Source: a virus (lineage: Duplodnaviria; Caudoviricetes). From it: a stretch of DNA of 64,000 nucleotides. The notes beneath the pieces were generated by a model. That model was given only the letters and a program-made list of their open reading frames with translations, made no database searches and was not told where the DNA came from. Every line of letters starts with the position of its first letter. The stretch's first letter is position 1. The stretch lies in IMG/VR virus record IMGVR_UViG_2639762957_000001, positions 1 through 64,000 of that record; one strand, written 5' to 3'. Below are positions 40,113 through 49,176 of this stretch, piece by piece. Position numbers and translations under genes: made by a program.

Positions 40113-40559
40113 TCATTTTTTCCCTGGCGGTAATGATTTCCGTTGCTGGGCACGCAGCTTTCTCATGCTAGCCCGGCTGGAAGCATTATGGCGTTGTTTT
40201 CGCATCCGCCTGGCACTATCCGTTTCACTGCCTACGAGCATTTCAAAGTGAGTGATATACAGGATTTGCGGTTCAATCCAGGACAGCAGCCCTGCTTTCA
40301 GCAATGTATCAACGCCAACTTTGACAGTCGAGCTAGACATCCTCACCTTGTGGGAAAGGTCTTCCGGCGTATAAGGGACTTCCATATCTCCCAACAGCCG
40401 GACCAGCCTTCCTTCCGTATTCAGTGCGATTTTACACAGTAGGATATACATGGAAAAGTAATTGCCTCCTTCGTCCTGAGTCAGCAGCCATTCGATGGGA
40501 TCGCTTTCCAAGAAATCCTCTGGTAGCTTAATGAAATACCAACGCTTGTTCTTACTCAT
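40113..40559 (-). CDS. Phage replisome-organiser N-terminal domain protein
   Basis: WYFIKLPEDF...GGNYFSMY..L...VPYTPEDL...MLVGSETDSARRMRK. Confidence 0.8.
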   Translation of the reverse strand: MSKNKRWYFIKLPEDFLESDPIEWLLTQDEGGNYFSMYILLCKIALNTEGRLVRLLGDMEVPYTPEDLSHKVRMSSSTVKVGVDTLLKAGLLSWIEPQILYITHFEMLVGSETDSARRMRKQRHNASSRASMRKLRAQQRKSLPPGKK

Positions 40560-40577
40560 AAATACCTTCTTTCACCA

Positions 40578-40790
40578 TTACGCCTGTTCCGTATATGGCG
40601 GAATCGCCTGGTTCGTTGTAATGGAAATATCGTAGTGTTTGGGATGAATCCCACAAGTGACAATATTTTCGGCATCCGAATCGTAGCCGATGTACTGGCC
40701 GGTTTTGTTGTTCCATACCACGTTCGTGAGGACAATCTTCCGCCCGTTGATTTCAAGGTTAATCGTGAACTTCTCAGTCTTTGCTTTCAT
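40578..40790 (-). CDS. Hypothetical protein
   Basis: RBS AAAGGA; in xis-rep operon. Confidence 0.55.
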   Translation of the reverse strand: MKAKTEKFTINLEINGRKIVLTNVVWNNKTGQYIGYDSDAENIVTCGIHPKHYDISITTNQAIPPYTEQA

Positions 40791-41127
40791 TGTCTGTATT
40801 CCTTTCTGCGGCTTTTACAAGTTCGATGATATTCTTCCCTTCAAAGCGTTCTAAAAATGCGTTCAGCGTGAATTTACGCACTCTGGGATAACGTCCAAAA
40901 TAAATAGCTGGCAACATTTTCAACTGAATCAGCTTGTGAATGAATCCCTGTGAGGTTCCCATTTTTTTGGCGACGTCGGGAACCGTAATCAGTTCATCCA
41001 TGCTGTCATAAACGACTTTGACTTTGATGTCTGGAATGTTTGCCATATTGCTCACTTCTTTCTTTTTTATGTGCTTGTCAAATATATAGGATTTTCTATT
41101 GACATTGTTATTCCTTAAAAAAGTCAT
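40774..41127 (-). CDS. Excisionase-like HTH protein
   Basis: LITVPDVAKKMGTSQGFIHKLIQLKMLPAIYFG..RV; likely start MANIPD ~41046. Confidence 0.75.
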   Translation of the reverse strand: MTFLRNNNVNRKSYIFDKHIKKKEVSNMANIPDIKVKVVYDSMDELITVPDVAKKMGTSQGFIHKLIQLKMLPAIYFGRYPRVRKFTLNAFLERFEGKNIIELVKAAERNTDNESKD

Positions 41128-41372
41128 ACGGTTTTCCGTACCTTATGGGTAAAAAAAAGAGCAGATACTTCATCAGCTGTTAAAGGACGATCAATAGCTT
41201 GATTAGCTACCTTATCAATTTCTCGTTGCGTAAAAGGAACCTTATTTCCTAAACGTTCATATACGGCAGTTGTCCCAATACCCAAAAATTTAGAAAAGTT
41301 GCGAATATTGCCAAAGTGTTCAATAATAAACCCCCTCAGCTGCGCATAGTTAAATTCCATATCTTGAACCAT
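41124..41372 (-). CDS. Cro-like repressor (DUF739-like)
   Basis: FNYAQLRGFIIEHFG...PFTQREI...LFF. Confidence 0.8.
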   Translation of the reverse strand: MVQDMEFNYAQLRGFIIEHFGNIRNFSKFLGIGTTAVYERLGNKVPFTQREIDKVANQAIDRPLTADEVSALFFTHKVRKTV

Positions 41373-41396
41373 AATTTTTCCTCCCTTCTACTTTTA

Positions 41397-41503
41397 TACG
41401 GTTTTCCGTAATTAAATTATAAAGCCGTTGCTCTATCTTGTCAACGGTTTTCCGTAAAAAAGTATCATTTACAGTTGTAATTGTTCGTTTTTCCGTATAT
41501 AAT
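41397..41503. promoter_or_regulatory. Divergent promoters with TACGGTTTTCCGTA operators
   Basis: Leftward TTGACA-17-TATAAT (41444-41416), rightward TTGTAA-17-TATAAT (41475-41503); operators at 41397, 41443, 41484 and 41127. Confidence 0.8.
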
Positions 41504-41534
41504 ATAGATAAAGTAATCGATTGGAGGTCGTTAT

Positions 41535-42029
41535 ATGGAGCCAGTTTTGGTTAAACGAATTAAACAAATGATGCAAATTCGCGATATAACACAAGCTGAT
41601 CTTGCTAGAATTACAGGAATTAGGGCATCATCTATTTCGGATTATTTATCTGGAAAATATCAGCCTAAACAAGACAAAATCGCATTGATTGCAGATGCAT
41701 TATCTGTAAATCCTGGATGGCTAATGGGATATGATGAACCCAAAAAGCCTATTTCGTCAAGTATAGTTGAAAAAAAAGAAAATCGGGATTTATTAGCGCA
41801 TTATCAAAAATTATCTGAGCATGAACAAAAAATACTTATAACTATGATAGACAATGGAATTCAAGATTTTACTGTAAAAAATGACGCAGATAATTTAAAG
41901 AAAACCAAAGAGTTAATATCCTTATTCAATCAATTAGATATTGAAGATCAAATTGAGATAAAAGGTGAAATCAAAGGAATGTTAAAAGCTGATAAGTATA
42001 AAGTGAAGTCGAACGACGAGGCAATCTAA
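41535..42029 (+). CDS. CI/ImmR-like XRE repressor
   Basis: ITQADLARITGIRASSISDYLSGKYQPK...VNPGWLMG. Confidence 0.9.
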   Translation: MEPVLVKRIKQMMQIRDITQADLARITGIRASSISDYLSGKYQPKQDKIALIADALSVNPGWLMGYDEPKKPISSSIVEKKENRDLLAHYQKLSEHEQKILITMIDNGIQDFTVKNDADNLKKTKELISLFNQLDIEDQIEIKGEIKGMLKADKYKVKSNDEAI

Positions 42030-42076
42030 TATTTGTTGATTTCAAAGATAAGAAATAACTTAGGAGGCGGCTCATC

Positions 42077-42601
42077 ATGAAATTGAAAAAGATGTTCCTC
42101 GGTCTGGCAGCAACCTGTCTTTTCGCAATCCCATCGGTATTTGCACAGAATTATCTGATGGCAAATCAATTCAAGCTGGGTGGACTTGCTCTCGGAGCTT
42201 CTAAAGGGTATGTCCATACTATATATGGGCAACCAGATAGTACACGGACTCAATATACGGATACACCTTACGGGACAACACGGATTGATTATATCGAAAA
42301 CTATGGCAATTCAGTTTCTATTGATTATGCTGGTCTGGTAGGCCGTTTCCCTATTACAGATGCCAGTGGTGTCTTCATGATCACTGTCACAGCCAATAAC
42401 GGCTGGGCTACGGAACAAGGGGCTACCGTCGGTATGGATGAATCCAAATTACGTGAAATATATGGTGATAACTTCGATACCTTCGTAAATGAGGACGGCA
42501 TCACCTGCTACCAGTATTCAGGGTATCATTCCCCGTACTGCTATGTTTTCGGTATCAAGAATCATAAAGTAGTTTCCATTCTGATGACTAATGGTGAATA
42601 G
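42077..42601 (+). CDS. Secreted protein of unknown function
   Basis: Signal peptide ending VFA. Confidence 0.75.
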   Translation: MKLKKMFLGLAATCLFAIPSVFAQNYLMANQFKLGGLALGASKGYVHTIYGQPDSTRTQYTDTPYGTTRIDYIENYGNSVSIDYAGLVGRFPITDASGVFMITVTANNGWATEQGATVGMDESKLREIYGDNFDTFVNEDGITCYQYSGYHSPYCYVFGIKNHKVVSILMTNGE

Positions 42602-42612
42602 AGGGGTTAATT

Positions 42613-43449
42613 ATGGACACATTTAAAACAATCGTTGAAATCATCATCGCAATTTTAGTCATTCGCTACATCATCCAAAAATATAACGTTCTGGGCTGCT
42701 ACCGGGAACCAGTCCGGAAAACACGGGCCGACATTGACACGTATAAAGACCAGGAACAGGCTACGCTCCAGCGGCTGTACGAAATCGCAGAGCACTTCAG
42801 CCAGCAGGAACGGAACATCCATATGCAGACTACCCTAGCAAATATGTCCCGCAACGGCTCTAATTTCCAGGCTTTGGCAGCTGCTTATCCGGAACTGAAA
42901 TCGAACCAGACGTACCTGTCACTTATGCACAGTGTCGAAAACTTGGAAGGAAGCATCCAAAGCAGCCGTCAGGAATACAATAATGCTGTCGGTCAATATC
43001 AGATGATCCGCAGCCAAATCCCCTATTGCATCCTGGCTCCTCTGTTCGGCTTCAAAGCGGCTGAATATAACATGGGGAAAAATCAGGAAGAAGCCTCCCA
43101 GACAGCCCCGGTTTCCTTCTCTCAGCCAGCTCCGGAACTGACAGCCCCCAGCGAAGTGCTTCCGGAAGCTGAATATCAGTGTCCGAAATGCCATTCCAAA
43201 CTGCAGCAGAAAACGGGTAAGTTCGGAACCTACTGGCGCTGTGAAAATCCACAGTGCAAAGCCGACTTCACCGATAAAGACGGCGAACCGGTTATCATCA
43301 CCTGCCCCGATTGCCATAACGGCTATCTCCATAAACGCACCCTGGGGCACCAGGAATACTGGACCTGCAGTAACTATCCGTCTTGCAAGGCCAAGTATCC
43401 GGCAGATGCATCCTTCATCTTGACGTCACCGACGAAAGGTCATGAATAA
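42613..43449 (+). CDS. LemA-like protein fused to two topoisomerase-type Zn ribbons
   Basis: AYPELKSNQTYLSL...RQEYNNAV..Y...P...A.LFGFK; CPKC..C..C, CPDC..CSNYPSC. Confidence 0.8.
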   Translation: MDTFKTIVEIIIAILVIRYIIQKYNVLGCYREPVRKTRADIDTYKDQEQATLQRLYEIAEHFSQQERNIHMQTTLANMSRNGSNFQALAAAYPELKSNQTYLSLMHSVENLEGSIQSSRQEYNNAVGQYQMIRSQIPYCILAPLFGFKAAEYNMGKNQEEASQTAPVSFSQPAPELTAPSEVLPEAEYQCPKCHSKLQQKTGKFGTYWRCENPQCKADFTDKDGEPVIITCPDCHNGYLHKRTLGHQEYWTCSNYPSCKAKYPADASFILTSPTKGHE

Positions 43450-43487
43450 TATATAGCATAAAAACCGTTTGAAAGGAGCTTGATGAT

Positions 43488-44594
43488 ATGGCTTACCTTC
43501 GCAAACGAGGAGACAAATGGTATTACACCGTATGTTGGACAGACGAAAAAGGGAAACAACATAAATCAGAACGTGTTGGCGGCCTGACCAAAGCAGAATG
43601 TCAAAAAGCCTGGCGCAAAGCGATGGAATCGGTAGACATTACCGGGATTTACCAAAAGCCTTGTGACTACAAAATAGCTGATTGCCTGGAAGCATGGCTA
43701 AAAGCCATCAAAAAAGAATACAAGCAAAACACGCTGGACAATTATTCGTCAACCGTTCATAACCACCTCATTCCGGATTTAGGAGACTACCAGCTGAAAA
43801 GAATAAAGACCTCTATCCTTCAAGATTGGTTGAATCAGCAGCGGGATATATACAGCCGATCGACGGTCAAGGTTTTCTTTGCCGTTTTAAAAAACTTCTT
43901 CCGATGGATAGTCTTGAACCGGCAATATATCGAAAACAATCCAATGGAAAATGTTTCCATCCCCAGATATTTCACATTGCCTAAAAAGACACATGTTTTC
44001 ACATCCGATGAGATGAAGGCCATCCTGGCTCACTTTGGTCCAGAACATCCATTTCATATGCCTATCATGCTGAGTTACTGCTGCGGTATGAGATTAGGAG
44101 AATGTCTGGCCTTGACATGGGATCAAGTCGATTTTGAAAACCGTGTCATAGAAGTCAAATTCAATCAGTACGACAAAAGAAGCCTTCCTCAAAGAACTGC
44201 TCCAAAAAGCGTTGCCTCTATCCGCAAAATTACCTTTGGAAAAAAGCTTTATGATGCCTTGAAGGAAAAACAATGGTTGCAAAAAGAAGCCCGCTTTAAA
44301 GCAGGCCCCTTCTATACAGATTCTAACCTTGTCTGCACAGATGGTTCGGGTGCTTGCATGACTTCAAATAATCTTCGTTTTTTTGGCATGTGGTGCAAAG
44401 AAAAATTTGGTGCAGGATCATTTCACAGCCTTCGCCATACTCATGCCACAATGCTGATTGAAGCCGGTATGGGACTTGACTATGTCAGTAAAAGACTTGG
44501 CCATGCCAGCATGTATACGACAGCTGATATTTATGATGATGTCACCTGCAAAAGAGAAGAAAAAGCCATCGAACTCATGGATAAGATTCTATGA
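43488..44594 (+). CDS. Tyrosine integrase
   Basis: GMRLGECLAL, FHSLRHTHAT, RLGHAS..TADIY. Confidence 0.95.
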   Translation: MAYLRKRGDKWYYTVCWTDEKGKQHKSERVGGLTKAECQKAWRKAMESVDITGIYQKPCDYKIADCLEAWLKAIKKEYKQNTLDNYSSTVHNHLIPDLGDYQLKRIKTSILQDWLNQQRDIYSRSTVKVFFAVLKNFFRWIVLNRQYIENNPMENVSIPRYFTLPKKTHVFTSDEMKAILAHFGPEHPFHMPIMLSYCCGMRLGECLALTWDQVDFENRVIEVKFNQYDKRSLPQRTAPKSVASIRKITFGKKLYDALKEKQWLQKEARFKAGPFYTDSNLVCTDGSGACMTSNNLRFFGMWCKEKFGAGSFHSLRHTHATMLIEAGMGLDYVSKRLGHASMYTTADIYDDVTCKREEKAIELMDKIL

Positions 44595-44663
44595 GATTAT
44601 AATGACTATTTATACAAGGCGCAATTCATGGTTACTTGATAAGCATTTAATAGGAATCCTCGC

Positions 44664-44696
44664 AAAGGAGTTGAAAAAAACAACTTCAACTCCTTT
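44664..44696 (+). terminator. Hairpin after integrase
   Basis: AAAGGAGTTGAA..TTCAACTCCTTT. Confidence 0.6.
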
Positions 44697-44979
44697 GCCG
44701 ATTTCAAAAATTACAAATCGGCAAAATCTCGGCAAATCCCCCTCATCCGCATGGTTGACCAGTTTCTCCTTAACGTTAAATTATCGTAAGTAATAAAACA
44801 TGCGTTTATATAGTCCTATATACGTGTATTATCGTTAGCGTATTTACGCCATTTATTGAGCAATTACTTGATTTTATTTACATATGCTTTTATATGTTTT
44901 TATGCGTCTTTTCCGCAAACAAGGCGGAAAAAAGGACGGAAGTTTTGAGGACGTATATGGTTATGGTAATGATAAAATA

Positions 44980-45010
44980 AAGGCACTCACATTATAACGT
45001 GAGTGCCTTT
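44980..45010 (-). terminator. Late operon terminator
   Basis: AAGGCACTCAC-ATTATAAC-GTGAGTGCCTT. Confidence 0.7.
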
Positions 45011-45013
45011 GAT

Positions 45014-45484
45014 TTATTTTGCGACCAATCCTACGGCAAGGATTCCGGCAGCTATGGCCCAGGTGTCACGCTGCCGTTTTAGCCTGGACTGCTTTTTCGT
45101 CATCTCATTTATTTGACTGGTCAACGTCTGCAAGGATTCGTTCTGCTTCTGCAAGTCGTTGTTGGCTTGCGTCAATGAGCCGTTGGCTGTCTGCAACGAG
45201 TTCTTGGTTTTCAGCAGCTGTTCGTTGGCCGCTGCTAATTGTGTCTGTAACGTCGTCGAGTTGCTGCTCAGCTTGTCTAATTTGCTCTGTAGCTTTGCTA
45301 ATGTTGTCTCTTGCTCTTTTATTATCGTCTGTAATTGACTGTACTGTTCGTTCGACATTACGATTTTCCCGGACGGACTGTTTGTCGTAGTGTCGGCACA
45401 CCATCCAGCTGCCGGCAGCAGCAATAATAAGCAGCAGGATACAAGCAATGATAAGCGTTTTATTTTGTTGGACAATGGCTTCAA
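45014..45484 (-). CDS. Spanin-like coiled-coil protein (signal peptide + C-terminal hydrophobic tail)
   Basis: After endolysin; overlaps 45105-45518 in another frame; own RBS. Confidence 0.6.
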   Translation of the reverse strand: MKPLSNKIKRLSLLVSCCLLLLLPAAGWCADTTTNSPSGKIVMSNEQYSQLQTIIKEQETTLAKLQSKLDKLSSNSTTLQTQLAAANEQLLKTKNSLQTANGSLTQANNDLQKQNESLQTLTSQINEMTKKQSRLKRQRDTWAIAAGILAVGLVAK

Positions 45485-45518
45485 CTTCCTTTCTCTGCGG
45501 CAGATACAATAAGATCAC
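45105..45518 (-). CDS. i-spanin-like protein (N-terminal TM + coiled coil)
   Basis: TLIIACILLLIIAAAGSW TM; RBS AGGAGG. Confidence 0.6.
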   Translation of the reverse strand: MILLYLPQRKEVEAIVQQNKTLIIACILLLIIAAAGSWMVCRHYDKQSVRENRNVERTVQSITDDNKRARDNISKATEQIRQAEQQLDDVTDTISSGQRTAAENQELVADSQRLIDASQQRLAEAERILADVDQSNK

Positions 45519-45521
45519 CTC

Positions 45522-46148
45522 CTACATATACCATTCATTCATATCCAGTCCCTCATCCCAGCCACCAATGTGGGCATTTGATGTGTATTGCCATCCTGCC
45601 AGCGGCAAGTGACAAACTTCCGAGTAATCACACGTTGCATTATATTGGTTGTACCAAATCGGGACATAATCAGCCAGTTCATTCGTCGCAATGTAATCAC
45701 GAAGAGCGTAGTAGCCAGCGTAGATACCAGCCGACTGACCGGCTGCGTTTAACTCTGATATAAATGCGGAGCATCGGCCTGTAGGATCATCAACTCCGGT
45801 TAGCCATTTTACCGGGTTCGTCAGCGTGTTAGGGTCATCTTCAATATCGTACCAAATCCCCAGCGGTGGCGTTTCTCCGCCGAGCAGGTTAAGCATGGCC
45901 TGTGCTTCGCTGCGGGCATCGTCCGGAGTCCATGCGCGGGTATAGCAATATACGCCCCAAGGCAAGCCATGTTTTCGACATTCGCCGATGAAATCATAGA
46001 CGCAAGCCGTCGGAGATTGTCCGTTCAACGCTTTAATGATGACGCCTTCGACGCCAGCATTGACAATATCGTCAAAGTTAATGCCTTCTTGCCAATCAGA
46101 AATATCAACTACTTTCATATGTACGCCTCCTATTCTACGATGTACCAA
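45522..46148 (-). CDS. GH25 endolysin
   Basis: VDISDWQ, WYDIED, GWQYTS, LDMN; likely start MKVVD ~46118. Confidence 0.9.
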   Translation of the reverse strand: MVHRRIGGVHMKVVDISDWQEGINFDDIVNAGVEGVIIKALNGQSPTACVYDFIGECRKHGLPWGVYCYTRAWTPDDARSEAQAMLNLLGGETPPLGIWYDIEDDPNTLTNPVKWLTGVDDPTGRCSAFISELNAAGQSAGIYAGYYALRDYIATNELADYVPIWYNQYNATCDYSEVCHLPLAGWQYTSNAHIGGWDEGLDMNEWYM

Positions 46149-46579
46149 TCATCACTAAGCATGTCCGCTTGGCTAGCAAGCCAGCCAAGCTGCACGCCCT
46201 GATTGCCCACAAAAGCAATGGCCTTATTGCCCATGGTATTGTGACCTACATTGATTCCTTCCCCCTTGGCGTTAATGTAGCTGACGCTAGTAGCCAATTC
46301 GATGTATTGCCCCTTTCCGTTCCAGTTAGACCGTGCGCAGCGTTCACCATTCTTTACTGCTTGGATAGCTTCGCCGAAAGTCATGCCAGTCGTTTTTACT
46401 TCTTCGTATGTCTTTTTGAAAATATCCGGTTTGCAAGGATACTGTTCCCCCTTAACGCCGGTAATGACGTAATCACCAGCGGAGGCTTTCATGTCCCCTT
46501 CGAGTGTGTGGATTACTTTTTCTTCGTTGGTTCGGTATGCTTCAATAATGACAGGCTTTTTGCGATATTTCATGTACAT
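46130..46579 (-). CDS. Two-domain protein: N-terminal [16 protein letters not shown] domain + Tad2 (DUF2829) domain
   Basis: MTFGEAI...G.R..R.NWNGKG...[13 protein letters not shown] matches Tad2 family pattern. Confidence 0.75.
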   Translation of the reverse strand: MYMKYRKKPVIIEAYRTNEEKVIHTLEGDMKASAGDYVITGVKGEQYPCKPDIFKKTYEEVKTTGMTFGEAIQAVKNGERCARSNWNGKGQYIELATSVSYINAKGEGINVGHNTMGNKAIAFVGNQGVQLGWLASQADMLSDDWYIVE

Positions 46580-46585
46580 GTCCTC

Positions 46586-46834
46586 CTAGTCTTTTACGCA
46601 GTAATTTTCCCATTTCTTGTATACGTCGACATAAGTTTCGCCTTTATCGCCATTGTGCGTGACTTCGTAGTACATGCCGTCGGGTACTGTCGTAGATACC
46701 AAGGCTTTCCAGTTCTGCAAAGTCTTGCACCACCAGACGACAAATACGTCATCAAGTGTAATCTGTTTTTTGTCGGTAACATCAACGTGAGAATTAAAAT
46801 AGTCTCTTACAATTTTACGTGCGGTTTCTTGCAT
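46586..46834 (-). CDS. Small phage protein, DUF6275-like
   Basis: DVFVVWWCKTLQNWKALVST...YYEVTHNGDKGETYVDVYKKWEN. Confidence 0.7.
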   Translation of the reverse strand: MQETARKIVRDYFNSHVDVTDKKQITLDDVFVVWWCKTLQNWKALVSTTVPDGMYYEVTHNGDKGETYVDVYKKWENYCVKD

Positions 46835-47141
46835 CGTTCTTTACCTCCTTCGATAAGGGCATCGTCCCTGGCGCCGAGTTGAAGCGCGAGTCCATGCCGT
46901 ACTTAGTCCAGGCTGCTTTTGCCAGTCCCACAATGCCGGCGAGGCCGCCGGCCACGGCAGATACGCCGGACCAGCAACTCATGAGTTCAAACTTTGTACC
47001 ATTTAGTGCATTTGACCAGTACCCGTAAAGCCAGCTACATAAAATCAGGCAAAGAAAAATCATCATGATGACGGACAACATGATGACTAAAGCCAGCCAA
47101 TTTTTCTCTGCCCAATGTCCAAATTGGACAATCTTTTTCAT
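46815..47141 (-). CDS. Holin-like membrane protein
   Basis: Two TM segments; start MKKIVQF. Confidence 0.6.
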   Translation of the reverse strand: MKKIVQFGHWAEKNWLALVIMLSVIMMIFLCLILCSWLYGYWSNALNGTKFELMSCWSGVSAVAGGLAGIVGLAKAAWTKYGMDSRFNSAPGTMPLSKEVKNDARNRT

Positions 47142-47151
47142 AGCATCCCTC

Positions 47152-47391
47152 CTAATGCCGGAAATAATCAACAATAAAAGATATGATACCGCCGATAATG
47201 CCAGCGATGACATACATCGAATTGATGCGATGATGAGCCGAGCGGCCGCGCTGATCTGCGATGATTGCCAGTTCTTTCGTAGCCTGAAATTGCTCTTCTA
47301 ATTTTTTCACCGTATCGAGTGCTTGTTTTGATTGTGCTTCTAAACGGCTCATGCGTTCGAGAACTTCCGTCTGGAAATCATGTTCACTCAT
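47152..47391 (-). CDS. XhlA-like holin/haemolysin
   Basis: ERMSRLEA...SAHHRI + C-terminal TM. Confidence 0.7.
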   Translation of the reverse strand: MSEHDFQTEVLERMSRLEAQSKQALDTVKKLEEQFQATKELAIIADQRGRSAHHRINSMYVIAGIIGGIISFIVDYFRH

Positions 47392-47552
47392 GTATTTGCT
47401 TCCTTCCCTACGCAGTTCCCTTCGGTGTCAATCGTCCATCCCATAGCATCAAGTACCTTGTCAATATCTTCTTTGTACTTAGGGAACCTTGCAATAATGT
47501 TGTTATACATCAGTTTATGTAAGATAATCTGGTACGCTAAATATCTAGCCAT
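47388..47552 (-). CDS. Small phage protein (54 aa)
   Basis: MARYLAYQIILHKLMYNNIIARFPKYKEDIDKVL...; overlaps both neighbours. Confidence 0.6.
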   Translation of the reverse strand: MARYLAYQIILHKLMYNNIIARFPKYKEDIDKVLDAMGWTIDTEGNCVGKEANT

Positions 47553-47952
47553 TTGTAGGAGTCACTCCTTCCATTAAGGTGTTGACAACATCCTCAAGAA
47601 CTGCAATACGTTCATCTAAAGAAGGTGTCTGTGCTACATCTGGTCTTGCTTGTTCTTTCTCTTTTAACTCATCCATAGTTGGTGGGGTATATTCACGTTG
47701 TGCTTTGGCATCAATATAGTCATCAATGGTGGCGATGTAGGAATCATATTCTCTTATGGGATACTTTTTCCATATTTCTTTGCTGTCTGTATCTTGTTTA
47801 ATGACGACGTTAGACTGTTCATTATTGTACCAGACCCGCAACGGCAAGGACTTAATACCACTATCTAACTTAAAATTTCCGACGGTATCCGTATACAGTT
47901 TATCACCATTAATAATCAAAACTTCGCCCTTCTCAACTTGGAAACATTTCAT
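47545..47952 (-). CDS. Tail-fibre-associated (chaperone-like) protein
   Basis: Position after fibre; ends PSLDERIAVLEDVV. Confidence 0.55.
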   Translation of the reverse strand: MKCFQVEKGEVLIINGDKLYTDTVGNFKLDSGIKSLPLRVWYNNEQSNVVIKQDTDSKEIWKKYPIREYDSYIATIDDYIDAKAQREYTPPTMDELKEKEQARPDVAQTPSLDERIAVLEDVVNTLMEGVTPTNG

Positions 47953-47974
47953 TTTATCACCCTTTCTAAAAAAA

Positions 47975-48094
47975 AAATTGCCTCTCGAAGAACTGACGGC
48001 ACATAGTGCTCCAATATCAGCAACGGGTGGTAAGGTGCGCCACGGAAACAGACATCCTTATATCATTATCAACCGTTGGAAGATAACAGATTAA
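47975..48094 (+). pseudogene. Inverted relic of tail-fibre C-terminus
   Basis: LEELTAH...TGG..HGNRHPYIIINRWKITD* parallels EEMPAH...TGNG.AHENRMPYIVVNRWRRTA*. Confidence 0.65.
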
Positions 48095-49176
48095 GCCGTG
48101 CGTCGCCAACGGTTCACGACTATATAAGGCATCCTGTTTTCATGTGCAGTTCCGTTACCAGTGTTATTTATCGTTAAAACGTGATCATGTGAACCATTAA
48201 AATTAACCCAGCGCCGTAAGTAGTTGCCACTTGTAGGGCCATTTTGACTGGCAAAAGATCCGACGGAAAATACCCCGTTTGCCTCAGTTGCGTTGCCCGA
48301 TTCATGTTCAGCAGTTGTAAATGCACCTGTTAAAGATGCGGTTGTTACACTTCCGTCATGAGTATGAGCCGGCATTTCCTCTGTAGTGAGTGGACACTTA
48401 GCCACGCCACCCTTATCACCAAGGTTATAAGTATACTTCGTGCCATTTTCCGTATACGTGCCAGCCGATATAAGTACACGGCCTGCGTCCATCTTGACCC
48501 ATGTCGTACCCGGATATAGTTCATTAGGATCTGTGTCATTGATAAATTCAATAAGTGCCCCAACTGGCAAGAAGGCATTAAGAAGAAAAGAGAAATCCAA
48601 AGAACCTGCATATTCTTTAGCTTGCATTGCCCACCCTTTAGCAGACTTAGTTTTGCCTGTTGTACTAAAACTATCATCTTTCCCATCTGGACTTACAGAG
48701 GACGTGGCCCATTTTTTTGCCAGATTTTCGCTGTTGGCGATGTTTTCTTCGCTTTCGGCGGCGGCACTGGCGCTGTTTCTGGCGTTGGTTTCGCTGAGTT
48801 TGCAGTCGTTTCGGATATGCCACAGGCTATTACAGCGACCTCCGATTTCCTGGAGGATCATGATAATCCAGTCTAGGCTTTTTTCAATGAGTGAAAATGG
48901 TAGTTTTTCTGGAAGATCTGCGTTCTGCTGCTGCGGTGTTTCCCGGATGAGTTTGATGGAATATGGCGCGGCCAGGGGGTCCCCGGCTAAGGGGTACTGG
49001 TATATGTTGCTGACTTTGTCATACTTGAAATTATTCGTAATTCGTGTTTCATAGCCCACATCATTGATGATATACCCGACTATGTCATCGCTATTACGAT
49101 ACTTATAAGGGTACGGAAACGACGTTTGCACGCCGTCTCCTTTGTAGGTAATACTTACTTCCGTTGTCTGAATCAT
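48091..49176 (-). CDS. Tail fibre protein
   Basis: T7-like N-terminal YKGDGVQTSFPYPY; C-terminal PVGA..PGTTW..GRVL..EEMPAH..PYIVVNRWRRTA. Confidence 0.85.
   Translation of the reverse strand: MIQTTEVSITYKGDGVQTSFPYPYKYRNSDDIVGYIINDVGYETRITNNFKYDKVSNIYQYPLAGDPLAAPYSIKLIRETPQQQNADLPEKLPFSLIEKSLDWIIMILQEIGGRCNSLWHIRNDCKLSETNARNSASAAAESEENIANSENLAKKWATSSVSPDGKDDSFSTTGKTKSAKGWAMQAKEYAGSLDFSFLLNAFLPVGALIEFINDTDPNELYPGTTWVKMDAGRVLISAGTYTENGTKYTYNLGDKGGVAKCPLTTEEMPAHTHDGSVTTASLTGAFTTAEHESGNATEANGVFSVGSFASQNGPTSGNYLRRWVNFNGSHDHVLTINNTGNGTAHENRMPYIVVNRWRRTA

Noticed and set aside
47975-48200. DGR template/variable repeat at the tail-fibre tip
   Set aside because: Differences are not adenine-specific, identity is low and no reverse transcriptase is present
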